Assembly (NCBI GenBank): GCA_040285825.1
Contig: JAUPSS010000002.1
Coordinates: 3,162,001 to 3,226,000, forward strand
Length of the DNA stretch: 64,000 nucleotides
Reading direction: 5' to 3'
Origin: Eukaryota sp. TZLM1-RC
Lineage: Eukaryota; Protista; Metamonada: BaSk clade
Position 1 is the first letter of the stretch, and each line of letters starts with the position of its first letter. Position numbers and translations under genes: made by a program. Positions 49,080-61,342 of this stretch are shown here, piece by piece. A model generated the notes under the pieces. It was not told the origin of the DNA, made no database searches, and worked only from the letters and a program-made list of their open reading frames with translations.

Positions 49080-50411
49080 ATGGTTTACGAAACTGTTGAA
49101 AGAAAATGGGAAGAAGTAGTGTTGTTGTTACTGATAAACTAACTTGGTAGACAGATGAGGAATTCACATGATGACGTGGCACTTGTTCAAGAACAAGTAT
49201 TTTTATTAATAAAGCTCTCTTTTCTCCTTTTTATCTTTGGTATTTCTGCCTTACAACATCAATACCATTTTTTCAAATGGTGATTTTTTTCGGTTTACGT
49301 TTTCCCAGAAGGAAAGAAAAACTTATAACAGGCCAAGTAAAGCGGAATTTGAGCCCAGGCGAGCCTCTGGATATTATGATTTTCAAAACTCTGAAAGGAA
49401 ACGAAAATCCAATGTCCATAGAACAGCAAATCCACAGAGAAGACCGCGGTTACCAGTGGAACAACATCCCAATGACAGAGATCCTGATGAAAATTTGTTT
49501 TTTGTAGCCATTGATCCAAACCACAGCAATCTTTGTGGTTGGATTGCTGGTTCTTTCCGAAATTCTGCGCCTGTTCTTGAACTTTCTGGACTGCTACTGA
49601 ATCCAAAAGAACGAAGACTAAATCACCCTCCTCCTCTCACTCAGGCAACTCCTAACACTTATTCCGCTCAGAGCTTCCAAGAGTATCTGATTGAAATAAG
49701 TTTACCTTATGTTCCTGAATCTGAGGAAGAGCCTGAATATGTTTCAATTATGTCTGGAAATTTGCAACGTGGTGCAAGAAAAAAGTTGAGAAGAAATAAG
49801 TTTGATTTCTTCATACGAAGGCAAAAGAGAATAACTAGTTTTATTAACAAAATTAAACGCTTGTCTGAAGGAAGAAACACTATAGTTTGGTTCGGCAATG
49901 GCGGTGGTGGTCCACCTCGTCAATCTGTGAAATCTCCACGAAAGAGATTTCTCAAACAAATCAAAAAACACTTTGAAAGCCTCAAAGTTGGGGATGAGTT
50001 TATGACCTCAGCAAAAGTGAATTGCTGTAAGGTCTTTCATAGAAAGATCTATCATGATGACGGAAGGGTAAATAACGCTAAGTTCGATTGCCCTCGATGT
50101 CAGACCAACTGGTCTAGGGACATCTCAGCCTCCAGAAACCAGCTGGAGATTGCAATTAGTGAGTATTTCACTGGTACTAGGCCAGAACCATTCAGAAGGC
50201 CACGGAGTGTGAGACGTCTAAGGAGACAGCAGTAGCTGTTTTAATCAACGTATTTCTGTAGTCCTTATGTACTAGATGTGATCAACTTGTGATCAAACTT
50301 TGTGTGAAATTGTGTGTGAGTAATGTTGGCTATGTGTTACAAACAGATAAGTACAAACTCATTATTACATTTTCAATTGATTTTGTATATATTTTAATTA
50401 ATTATTTTATC

Positions 50412-50800
50412 TTTATTGAATTTGCACACTTAATTAAATTAACTCATAACTAATGGGACGACTATCATTGATTGTATATCATTGATTGGTAATTGTATTT
50501 ATTGAATTTGCACACTTAATTAAATTAACTCAATACTAATGGGACGACTATCATTGAACCAAGATTTCCTCTACAAAATCTTGATCTGCTTGCTGTCTAG
50601 CTAAAGCTTCTCTAATTCGATTGAAAAACCGAGGTAATCTATTAATAATGGCAAATTGAATCCGTGAACGCCATAAAAAAATATCAAATCTTTTCGTTGT
50701 TTTTTCTTGCACCATTTTTTGGAAATCATTCAAAAAAGTTTCTGCTCCAACTGATAATCTTCCATTTATCGAAAATGGGAAAGCAATAAAAACCAAAAAA
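50412..50800 (-). mobile_element. CRE-like 3' fragment with duplicated ~60-bp 3' UTR
   Basis: VFIAFPFSINGRL...WRSRIQFAI; 50412-50471 is repeated at 50498-50557. Confidence 0.75.
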
Positions 50801-50824
50801 TTAAATTTAAAATAATTAAATTTG

Positions 50825-51620
50825 AATTAATTGAGTTTATTAATTTTATTTATTTATTTATTTATATAAAGAATCAAATAAAAACAAAACAAACTAAAAC
50901 ACATAAGAAACTAAATTCTCCACGCCAACTCTTGATGAATCCTTATAAAGTTTAGACATCATTAAACTTAAGTACTTCGGAACACTTCTGTACAAAGCGA
51001 AAATGATACGATTTTTCCATAAATTCTCTGCAAAATTCTTACCACTTGAACGACATAAATTACCAAAATCATTGATGAAATTCAAGGCGGATTGTCCAAT
51101 GTTGCCAAAAATCGAAAAGGCAAAAGGAACAAACGAAAACTTCGAATAAAGGTTCTTATTTAAATCATTTAATATCTCGGTATATTTATCTCTCTTACGA
51201 TCTTCAGCCTTGTTTAAATGACCATTAGTACTAAGTAAAACATCATCGCGATAAACAAAAGCAAAGGGATCAACTGTAGTGAAATCAACAACAACTTGAG
51301 AGGAATCCACAAAAGGAGCAATTAAATCACCTCGACGTGAATTAAAAAGATTATCATCACTATAATGCTTCAACAAAGGTTCTACTTTGCAACTAAAATT
51401 GTAACACTTGAACATCTCATATGTCACATCACGAACGGCATTATGAAGAACTGACCTATATTGGAGAAATTTCTTACAGCTCACAATATGACGAAAATTG
51501 GCAGTAGGTTTTTTGTTACAAATACAATAAGAATTGTCCAAAAGACCACTTGGATACATCCCTAATCTCAACCGCATGTTTTGTTTCCAAGCTTCATTTG
51601 TTAAGTGAAGACCAAATGGC
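50825..51620 (-). mobile_element. CRE-like 3' fragment (another subfamily)
   Basis: MRLRLG..CICN..HIVSC..HNAVRD..RRGDL..VVDFT; (TAAA)n tail. Confidence 0.85.
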
Positions 51621-51820
51621 CAAAAGTTTATTAATTTTTAAACATTAAATTGTAAAAATAGTAAAAAAATCAAAAAGTATACAATTGAATGTTGCAAACT
51701 AATAAAACCATTGCTGTAGGTGTAAGAGTATCGTTTTTGATACGATTTACTGAGGTTTCCAAGGTGTTTAGTGTATACTAACCCTTGGTGCTGAGAAGTT
51801 TACGCAATTATTAGGGAATC

Positions 51821-53802
51821 ATCTTCAATTTAGATTTTAAGAATGCTTTCAATTCTGTATCTCGTTCTTCCATTTTACCTTTGCTACAAAAGCATTTTCC
51901 TGAAGTTGAGCCTTTTTTCTATTCATTTTATGGAAAATCATCCACATTCGTCTATGAAAACTTTGACCTGCTTTCGTCTTCAGGTGTTGAACAAGGTGAT
52001 CCACTTGGTCCTTTTTTCTTTTGTCTGGCAATTCATCCATTAATGTGCGAATTGAAAGAATTATTCCCAAAAATAGATATTGTAGCATATATGGATGACA
52101 TTTCTGTAATTGCTCCTATTACAATTCTGAAACAAATAGCAACTTTTATTCAACAGCGTTATGAAGATAATGGTCTCTCATTGAATATCTCCAAATGTTT
52201 GATTATTGGCCATGAACCAATTGATTTTTTCATTAATGATGTCAATGTTCCCTTTATCAATTATGATCAGTCTGGTTTTCGTTTTCTGGGTTGTTATCTC
52301 GGAAATATTGGTGAAGTCAAAAGCCAACTTTCGACTCTGTTGACTCAATTTGGAAATGAATTAGAATCAATAGAAAATTTAAATATTGAGAAACATTTGA
52401 AATTCTTTTTCCTAAAAATCTGTTATTCTGGAAAATTTACTCATATTTTGAGATCAACATCACCATCAATTTCTTTGCAGTTTTGTCGCATTTTTAATGA
52501 ACAAAGAACCAATTTTTTAGCAAAATTATTGGAAATTGATGCATCTCAGTTACGAAGCCACATTTTTTGTGGTACAAATTTTGGTGGTATTGATTTTCAT
52601 AAATCAAGCTACCTTTGTAAGGATGCCTTTATTGGAGGTGGAAAGAATTTTATTTATGAATTTGTGAATAGTTTTTCTGAAAAAATTCATCTCATTGAAA
52701 ATTGTGGCAGCTCTTATCTTATTTCATTGCAACAGGAAATTGAAACTCTTTCACCCAATATTTGGGCTAAATGTTTCCCCTCTGATATTGTGGAACTTCC
52801 TTCAAGAAGCTTGCTCTCCTTACCACTGACTTTTGCAAAATTGCAGAAAAAAATCTTGAAAGTTTTAGAAAACTTGGATCATATTGTACGTCTTAGCTTG
52901 GCTAAGGAAAAAAATCCCGTATTTGCCAACATTATGATTGATCTTGAAGACAGTTGCTCAAGTTGCCTAATCTCCCAAAATCCCAACATTTATGGCCTTC
53001 TACTTAATGATCACCAATGGACCACTGCAATGAGAATGAGATGTTTTCTATGGCCTTGTTCATTACCAAATGATTTAATTTGTCGCTGCAAGAGTGTTGT
53101 TACGCTTTCCCATATTTTAAACTGTAAGTATTTTATAACTTATCGCTCACTTGTTCATGACTCAGTTCGTGATCAATTATATGCCATGTGCAAAAGTTTC
53201 AATATAGAGGCATTTATTGAGCCACTAGTACGTAAGCTGTCTTCAGATCAAACTGATGATTCCTTTGGTAAAAAAAGGGCAGATTTAGTAGCTCCAGGGA
53301 TCGATGGTGTTCTCAATGTTGTAGACGTTGTCTCAGTGGATGTTTGCAAAATTCTACTGCTCATTTAGTGTATTCCACTGATTCGCCGTTAACTAACGCC
53401 GAAAAAAAGAAGATAAAAAAATATGAAGAACCTTTGGCACAGTTAGGTAGAGTGGAACATGTGAAATATCAGTTTGTGCCGTTTGCAATTTCTCTTTTTG
53501 GCAATATTGGACCTTCAGGGTTGCACTTTTTACATTTTAGGAAAATTTTAAAAAAGTGTTACTGAATAGGTCTGGTAAAACAATGAGCTCCACTTTCTGG
53601 TTAAATAGAATTGTTTTTTGCATTTTCAAGTCTATTCCCACAATGATTTCAAAGGCACTTTTAGCTGTCGGTGTGGAATATGAACGTAATACTGTGAGTA
53701 GGTTCAGTAATAGTGATGCTTGTTTGGAGGATATTGAATTCTAGATGGTTATTTTTATGTTTTCATATTCGTTGTTGAATAAAACATATTTGTTAAAAAA
53801 AA
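51821..53802 (+). mobile_element. 5'-truncated CRE-like element, same subfamily as 30144-33301
   Basis: LDFKNAFNS, GVEQGDPLGP, YMDD, FLGC, RLE; A tail. Confidence 0.92.
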
Positions 53803-53829
53803 ATAACAACATTATATCCAAATCAGTTT

Positions 53830-56497
53830 AGTGATACAATCAGTGACGATTCTCAGCCCAAAAAGAGCAAGGCAACAGTGAAATCAGCTCCCTCTTCCAA
53901 AAATTGTAAGACAAGAACTGTCTACTCAAATAGGAAAAAGCGGAAAAATTACCTCAAAGGTTACTAGAAAACCCAAAACTATGCAAAAAAGTAGCCATTC
54001 ACACAGCGGTGATTCAACCTTTGTACTGATTGAAACAGAACAAAAAGTAATATTCAAGAAGTTCGTTAAATGTTTATTCAGCCATTTTTATCAGTTTCTT
54101 GGCGAAAGGTTTCCTCTGATTTCAATGGTTTAACTATCTGTGATTCATTTTTGTATGCAAAAATTTCATTACATCAAAGTCGAATAAATTCGTGAGATCT
54201 CTTAGTTGGTTCCTATTAAAAAAATTTGGGTTTTTTATCTCAATAAATATTCCAGTAAAAAAAGTTAAATAAGTCTAAAGGTATCTTGATGATACATTTC
54301 AAAACCTTTTACCAATTGATTGTTTTAGAAGTAGACCCCAAGAAACAATTAATTATTGTTGCAAAGATAGTGCGCTTGATTTAAAATTGTTTCTACTTTT
54401 TCAATCAAACAAGGTGGTTCGACCAACATTTGTTACTCACAAAACCACACTGAAATCTATTGTAAAGCATAGATAATTGTTAAATTATTATGCTTAATTG
54501 GTTTACAGATTGAGAATGAACATGACATATTGTTTCAAGTTATTTCTTCTACATTTCACTGGGACTGGTCAAGATTTTCTTGTTTCAACTCGGAAAGAAA
54601 TAGAACAAATTCAAATGTTGCTCAGTAAAATTTCTACCATTAAACACAATATTAAACTCAATGAAAGGGGTAACCTTGCTGTACTTAATGAGGACTTGAA
54701 AAATTTTGTTGAAAAAATTTTAAGCAGTTAATGGAAAATATTGGTGGTATTCCTTTTTTTCATTAATCATTGTACTAGATTGAGGGCTTTTATCGCAAAA
54801 ACTATTAAAACGAATTTAAAAGTCAATATACAAATGAGGTATGCTCAATATATTGGAAAATGTATTAATCTATATTTTGAGAAAACTTGGAATCCAAAGA
54901 GAAAAGTCTGTTTTTCGTTGGAGGTTACTTCAAGTCAAGAATCTATTGCTGCAGAGGAATCGTAACAGTTTTCTGACTACTGATGATTTTATTAAACTTT
55001 CTGATGAGGAAATCTTGTACGAAGACAATGAAAATTGTTTGAATCAATCAGCAAAAACTGTTATTTTAAACAGTGATCATCCCAAAATTTGTTAGTTATT
55101 AAAAGATTACAATTGGCAGAATTCAGTTTTTCCTACATCTATTCTAGTTAAAAAATCAAAAGATGAGCTGGCTCTTGAAGTTAAATCGTTACTTTCCACT
55201 GTGCAAATACATCCCAATCTTTTACCAAATCAGCTGACAAAATAATTAATATTTTAGAACAAAGCCAGGGGAAACATTTGAAGCCATACCATTTGTTCGA
55301 AAAGAAACCTGGGTCTTTTGAAACTGTTAGTCAAGGACTCTGGGGTATTTTACGTTCGTCTTTTACAGATAATCAAATTACTGACAAGAAAAATAATTCG
55401 GAGTAGAAAACTCAACAGCTGACCTTGAGCGTATGAAACCAGAACAAAATATATTTTTGGTCATATTTTTTGAATTTAATAAAACAAAGTGTTTCCTAAA
55501 AAAGGCTACAAATTTAACAACACCATTATCATTGATGGTTTTCCAGCCTGTATTGAGCTTGCAAGAGAGGAAACCATTGTCTGTCCTTCAACCCTGATAG
55601 TGCACAGTTTGCAACCACTGAGAACTATTTGGACGATTTGGTTGTTGAATTTCTATCATCAAAACACAAGTACATATTGACCTTGGTAAAAGTGATTTAC
55701 TTTATTTTTGTAGTCAAAAAAGATTCAAACTCAATGCAAAAAACCAACTAAAAAGAGATAAACAATATGAGTAGCTGAGATTAACAGAATTGGAGTGGTC
55801 AACGGTATCGAGAATTCTCCAAAATTTAGACAATTGAAGAAGAATGAGTATATTTTACAAAATGGGATCACAGTGGAAGAAACAGAAGCTACTTTATCAA
55901 AAGAATCATCAGAATCTTTTATTTATAATAATTTCCATTCTGATGTTGCTTTCAAGCTGACAAACATGACATTTGCATTTGATTACTACTGTTGAATGAT
56001 ATGGTACATTCAAAAAATGCACAGATATGTCCATCAGCAGAAAACAGAGGCTAAGTTATTAAAAAGAATGGCTGAGAAGCAATGGAAGCAAGAAGACAAT
56101 ATCCTAATGATTGGTGACAATGGCAATAAGAGACAGAGTTCAAAGCATCATCGATCAAGTAGAGGAGTTGGATGGAGAAATTTCTTTAAGAGAAATGGTT
56201 ACACAGTATGTTTCCTTGATGAGAGAAACACATCTTCAAAGTGTCCAACTTGTTATAACCCAGTAAATGTATTTCTTGATGTTGAGAATCCTAGGCCATG
56301 GATGAAAGAGAAGTACCCAGCTGTGAAATGTCATGCTTTGTTACGATGTCGGTCTGAAGTTTGTAGAGAAGAACGTGATGGAAATGATAAGGTAAATGAT
56401 ATGGAATCGTAACAAGTTAGCGTGTATCAACATCAAGGCCATTGTAGATTATTTTGTAGAGGATAGTGTTGGTGATAGGCATCCATATCTGTCTTAA
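53830..56497 (+). pseudogene. Exonuclease-Fanzor1 fusion gene, copy D (heavily decayed)
   Basis: Basic N-terminus, TICDSFLYAK, then IDCF...NYCCKDSALDLKLF (ExoIII, 54351-54392) in frame with FVTHKTTLKSIVKH...YCFKLF. Later motifs: YKFNNTIIIDG, IDLGKSDL, IGDNG, RGVGWR, LDERNTSSKCPTC, HALLRC, WNRN. Confidence 0.82.
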
Positions 56498-56506
56498 GTT
56501 ATAGCT

Positions 56507-57362
56507 TTTTTTAAAATTTTTTTTATAAATTGAAATTGATTTTCAACGCTAACAAAACATTAAACAAAAAACTAGAACTTAATATCCTCAATACACGCAT
56601 CAACATCATTAAATCTTTTAAGCGCGCGATTTTCATACTCTATTCCTAATTGTAACAGTGCTTTGGTCAGCATTTTTGGAATTGCTTTAAGAATACTAAA
56701 AACAATTCTATTGTGCCAATTTTTTTCCTGTTCTTTCTTTTATTAAACTTCTGAAACCTTCAAGAAATTTAATGCCAGATATTCCAATGTTACCAAAAAG
56801 AGAAACAGCAAATGGAACCAACTGATACTTGACATGCTCAACACGTCCTAGCTGTGATAAGGGTTCATTGTACTTTTTGATTTTGCTCTTTTCAGCAAAG
56901 CAAAGTGGAGTTTTATCTCTTTTAGCAAAGTCAAGTGCTGAGTCTTTACAAACATCAACAGTGACAACATCAACAACTTTAATAACACCATCAGACGCAT
57001 GGGTAATTAAATCAGCACGGCGTTTCCCAAAAGTATTTTCATCTTCATTTTCAGATGACAACCTTCGCACAAGTGGTTCAACAAAAGCTTCAATGTGATG
57101 ACTTTTGCACATAGCGTATAGTTGGTCTCTAACAGCATCGTGAACAACTGAGCGATATGTAATATTAAATTTGCAATTAAATAAATGATTCAGATTAATG
57201 AGCTGACCACAACGAAAAATCAAATCATTTGGCACACTACATGGCCACAGAAAACACCTCATCCTGAAGGCAGTTGTCCATTGATGATCATTTAATAATA
57301 GACCATATACATTTGGAATCTGGGAAATAAGACAACTTGAGCTACTATCCTTGAGGTCAATT
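56507..57362 (-). mobile_element. 5'-truncated CRE-like element inserted just after the copy D stop
   Basis: Close to 9858-10975; A-rich tail. Confidence 0.88.
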
Positions 57363-57588
57363 GAAAAGTTTTCTTGATTGGATATGCTAATGTTATCACC
57401 TAAAAAATTTCTTCAACTAAAACTGTTTCAAGAAAGAAAATAGTTGCGGCAGCTTAAATATCACGTATTATAGTGTTTAATTATCATTTTGCTCAGGCTT
57501 TGTATTTGTATAGATGTAAGAAGTTGTGAATAAATCAAATTTTTATTGTTGACTGTCTGATCTTTTCTCGACTGACATATTCACCCCA

Positions 57589-59487
57589 ATGGCAAATCCA
57601 GAGTTGCCACGTCGAGGGCGTGTACTCCCCTGGGAGGTTAACCGTCGTGAGCAACCAATAAACGACAGCAAGACGACAGTTCCAGCAAGTGCTGCTCAGT
57701 TCTTCTCTACTGCAGCTCTTGTTTCAATGGAAAGACAGTTTCGCTATATTCGAACTGCCCGGTTAGCACAGCTGTTCGTCCTGCAATATCCGGAAATGGC
57801 TTTCTGGTTATATCAACAACAGTTTTGGTATCAATGTCAAGACTTTGTAATGGTACCTCATCCGACTGTGAGACGCCCATTCGAGAATCATATGGAAGTG
57901 TACCGCGCACTATATGATGTCTCTTTCCGACCTGGCTGGCCGTTTCCTCCTATTGGCTTTCAGAAGGGAACCGACAACTGGTGCCACTCTGACATTAGAA
58001 GCTTTCGCGCACTGCAAATGGCGAACAGCTTTTGTCAAATACTTACTGATGGCCCTGTCTCCTGGAAGCTGAACTTCTTCCGGACAATGGCTACCTTCTT
58101 TGAGTGCCCTTGCCCAAAGAAATATGCTTCATTAGTGGTGAACACGACTGCAGCCACTATTCCTGACTCTTTGCGCGCATGGTATGATGAAGGTCACCAT
58201 GAGTACATAATGGACCTATTTATTCAGCAGGTTGCCGACCCTCATCGTTTTGACGCTATGTTGATGCTGGACAATGTTGATCTCAGTCCAGACAACATCA
58301 CCTTCTTATTCACTGCTGGGCTAAATATTTTATCCTTTCTGGAAAATATTGCATCTGACACCATGCGAAGAAATGCCGTGTCCCCATCCCCCAGTTATTC
58401 ACCTGGCTTTATCTCTTTTAGTCAACAACTGGAAAAGCATTTTCTCTCTTTTAATGTCAACCACTGTCTGCTGAAAGATCCGTTCGCCTTTTTCAGAAAA
58501 AAGAAGTATCTGACTTACACAATCAGTTCAGATGCTGTTTCAATCCGCTTCACTTTTTCTTTTGCCCCCAAAAAAAATAAGAATCGCCGGACAGCCAGAG
58601 AATTGGCAACCACCATAGCCAGTGGGGAACTCGATATACCTGCAAAGAGTCGAAAGCGAAACTCTAGACTTCAACAACAGGTCCGTCCAAGGCAACGTCG
58701 AAGAACTGACGACGCCTATGAGCCTCCGCCAGTTGATCCATGTGAATATTCATTTTGTGCAATTGATCCTAACCACAAAAATTTGTGTGGTTATTCAATT
58801 GGATCAAGAATTGATAATAACAATGTTGATCATCAACTTTCGGGCCTTGTTCTGAATCCAAAGGCAAGGAAGATCATTCACCCCCCGGTCCTGACCCATG
58901 CATCACCAAATTGCTATTTTGCTAAGAATTTACACAAATATCTTAATGAAATAGCAATGCCTTTGATGTGGGTACCGACACAGGAAGAAATCAGCAATCC
59001 CGACTTCCGTCCGAGAACTATATTAGACCAACTGCTGATAAATGGAGATCGCCGAGTCCTGCGCCGCAACAAGTTTGATTTCTTTATAAGAAGCCAAAAA
59101 AGAATAATGGGATTAATTGAAAAAATTAAACTAATGGCTAATGGAAGAGAAACCATAATTTGGTTTGGTAGTGGAGGTGATGGGCCATCAAGACAATCTG
59201 TGAAAACCCCAAGGAAGCGCTTTTTGAAGGAGATTCAGAAACATTTTACATATGTGAAGCCTAATGGAGATGAATTCTACACATCTGCCAAAACGAATTG
59301 CTGTAAGGTATTCAATCAAAAATTGTATCACGATGATGGGAGGGTGAACAATGATAAGTTTGTATGCCCTCAATGTCAGACACTCTGGTCGAGGGACATC
59401 TCGGCTTCCAGAAACCAACTGGAGATTGCCATAAGTGAGCACTACTACAATGAAAGACCTGAGGCGTTCCGAAGACCCCATAGATAA
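57589..59487 (+). CDS. Intact Fanzor (TnpB-like RNA-guided nuclease), 632 aa
   Basis: TYTISSDAVSIRF, RuvC-I AIDPN, RNKFDFFIRSQKR, IWFGSG, RuvC-II GDEFYTS, CC...CPQC Zn ribbon, RuvC-III WSRD, C-terminal RPEAFRR. Confidence 0.88.
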   Translation: MANPELPRRGRVLPWEVNRREQPINDSKTTVPASAAQFFSTAALVSMERQFRYIRTARLAQLFVLQYPEMAFWLYQQQFWYQCQDFVMVPHPTVRRPFENHMEVYRALYDVSFRPGWPFPPIGFQKGTDNWCHSDIRSFRALQMANSFCQILTDGPVSWKLNFFRTMATFFECPCPKKYASLVVNTTAATIPDSLRAWYDEGHHEYIMDLFIQQVADPHRFDAMLMLDNVDLSPDNITFLFTAGLNILSFLENIASDTMRRNAVSPSPSYSPGFISFSQQLEKHFLSFNVNHCLLKDPFAFFRKKKYLTYTISSDAVSIRFTFSFAPKKNKNRRTARELATTIASGELDIPAKSRKRNSRLQQQVRPRQRRRTDDAYEPPPVDPCEYSFCAIDPNHKNLCGYSIGSRIDNNNVDHQLSGLVLNPKARKIIHPPVLTHASPNCYFAKNLHKYLNEIAMPLMWVPTQEEISNPDFRPRTILDQLLINGDRRVLRRNKFDFFIRSQKRIMGLIEKIKLMANGRETIIWFGSGGDGPSRQSVKTPRKRFLKEIQKHFTYVKPNGDEFYTSAKTNCCKVFNQKLYHDDGRVNNDKFVCPQCQTLWSRDISASRNQLEIAISEHYYNERPEAFRRPHR

Positions 59488-59600
59488 GTGTTTTTCCATG
59501 TATTGCGTACTTGTACGCGTATTGTGATGTTGCTGCTTTAACTATCATTTGATCGTGATATCATATAGTGATAGAACTAAAGTATGCTTAACGTCTATCA
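59488..59600 (+). ncRNA. Candidate omega-RNA of the intact Fanzor
   Basis: Hairpins GCGTA-CTTG-TACGC and CTTTA..CTATCA...TGATAG..TAAAG directly after the stop; boundaries not defined. Confidence 0.45.
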
Positions 59601-59675
59601 AGATTGCATGAATTGGTCAAAAGCCAGAAGTGTGTTTTGATAGAAATTCACAGTAGCCTCAAACCTTTCATATGA

Positions 59676-60500
59676 ATGCAACTTTCTCTTGCACATCACG
59701 GAGTCACTGTTGTTCCTGCTGATGCCTCTTCTTCGCATCAATCTCATCAGCAATATCCTGTGGTGATCTCTGCACCATTATGTACAGACACAGTCTTTCC
59801 CCCTTCCATTGAACCTTCCAACGAACCGTACTACCAAACCAGCTTCGAAGAAGTATCCGATTCTCATGACCACATGGATGTAGCCATATCACCTAGAACT
59901 CCCACGGAAGAAGAACAACAGTCGTCAGAACAAGAAGAAAGACCTTTAACCGATAGAGTCCAAGCTGCTAGATCGATTGCTGCCCAAACTCAACCCAAGA
60001 AGAAGAAGAAGAGGAAGTGTAAAAGACGGACTAGAAGGGACCAGGAAACCTCACCAGTAGCTGTGTCAGTCGAACCCACACCTCCTCCCGCTCCTCTCCC
60101 CTTGCCTGTTATGGAGGCTGTCGCTACACCTTCTCCTAAACTACCTTCTCCTAAACTACCTTCTCCTCCTAACCCTGAGGACTTGGAGAGGGAAAGAACA
60201 TTGAAGAGAATGAGTGAAATTGTTCAAAAAGTTGAGGTTATTAGTAAGAAATGGAATATTAGAGATAAACCTAAACGAAAAGAAATACGAGTTTTTGAAA
60301 AACCTGTAATTCTTGGGACTCAAGAGGTCAAAAAGGAAGGCAACAAATCAGAAGAACAGTCAGGAAAAGTCAATGTTGACGTCATTTGCAGAATTTCGGA
60401 TAGTATATTGTATGATTGTATTGACGAAATTTTTGGTGAAATGGATTTAGCCTTGGCCAATTTTGTTGATGATTTAATTGAAGAAGAAATTGGTGATTAA
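59676..60500 (+). CDS. Hypothetical protein, K-rich and P-rich, acidic helical C-terminus
   Basis: 274-aa ATG ORF; the C-terminus is loosely reminiscent of Moonraker/KIAA0753 (unverified). Confidence 0.7.
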   Translation: MQLSLAHHGVTVVPADASSSHQSHQQYPVVISAPLCTDTVFPPSIEPSNEPYYQTSFEEVSDSHDHMDVAISPRTPTEEEQQSSEQEERPLTDRVQAARSIAAQTQPKKKKKRKCKRRTRRDQETSPVAVSVEPTPPPAPLPLPVMEAVATPSPKLPSPKLPSPPNPEDLERERTLKRMSEIVQKVEVISKKWNIRDKPKRKEIRVFEKPVILGTQEVKKEGNKSEEQSGKVNVDVICRISDSILYDCIDEIFGEMDLALANFVDDLIEEEIGD

Positions 60501-60894
60501 TGTCGAATTGATGATTTAATTAATTTTACTTTTATACTAAAGTTTTCGATTTTATTGTATGTTAATCTTAATTTGTGTTGTGTCATTTTCTATTTTTTTG
60601 AAGAATATGTCTCGGTTCAATGAATTTTGTGCTATTTAGATTTGGGTTTAGTGTGTTTAGTGTTAAAATTTAACAAATCATTATTGTGAACCATCTCTAA
60701 TTGTAAATATTAATCAGTTGGTACTGTATCTTCAGAAAAAGTCATATACTTTGCATTTTATTTACCATCCCACAATGTCCCGTTTCTCTCACAAGATTTT
60801 TACAGTTGCGGGAAAGTTCCAGATCATCACAGAAGTTTCTGGAGTGTATCTTTTATTGGAATTGAACACAAAAAACAAAATAAACTTAGAACTA

Positions 60895-61020
60895 ATTCCG
60901 TTAAACCAAGATTCCCTCTACAAAGGCCTGGTCTGATGGTTTTCTAGCTTTAGCTTTTCTGAGTCGATTTTAATGCAATGGTCATCTATTGAAGATGGAA
61001 AATTCCAGTCGAGAACGCGA
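60895..61020 (-). mobile_element. Tiny CRE-like 3' remnant
   Basis: RSRLEFSIFNR...DQAFVEGILV resembles the end of 50551-50796. Confidence 0.6.
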
Positions 61021-61342
61021 TATTAATCCGAAGATGATGAAGTAACAGAACAATATCTGTCGTTCTATGGGATAAAGTAGACCGTCTCTTAATAGTACAC
61101 AATCTGTGGTGGAGCTAGTAACAATTCAAACTAGAGAGTAGGTGGTTAGTTTTCAACAAAAAATTATTGATAGTTGTACACCATTGAATGATGTAATCAA
61201 TTAGGTGACTCAGCCTGCCTATTTCAAATTAATTTAAATAGAGTCATTCAGGTGATCAACTTATCACAGTATTTGATTTCATAACGTTGATTTATTGCTT
61301 AAGTTTTTTTATTTTGTACCTGGTAAAAAGTGGTTCATTGGA

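Larger units (their letters stand above)
47204..49261 (+). mobile_element. Tandem gag-only mini LTR retrotransposon (LTR-gag-LTR-gag-LTR), TSD ATAC
   Basis: 142-bp LTRs at 47204-47345, 48162-48303 and 49120-49261; 958-bp unit; PPT GGGAAGAAGTAG before LTRs 2 and 3; ATAC at 47200-47203 and 49262-49265. Confidence 0.92.
46307..50235 (+). pseudogene. Fanzor (second family), split by the mini LTR element
   Basis: Collinear with 57589-59487 (RRPFENH, WCHS, AIDPNH, NKFDFFIR, GDEF.TSAK.NCC, WSRDISASRN). Removing 47204-49265 restores NYT|IFSNG in frame; stops at 46610 and ~46856. Confidence 0.9.

Noticed and set aside
47204-49261. CRISPR-like repeat-spacer array
   Set aside because: Repeats are 142-bp LTRs and the intervening units are identical gag genes.
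46129-50344. TTTGTAACA/TGTTACAAA as TIRs of the second Fanzor family
   Set aside because: Only 9 bp in AT-rich DNA, no TSD, and not seen around the intact copy.
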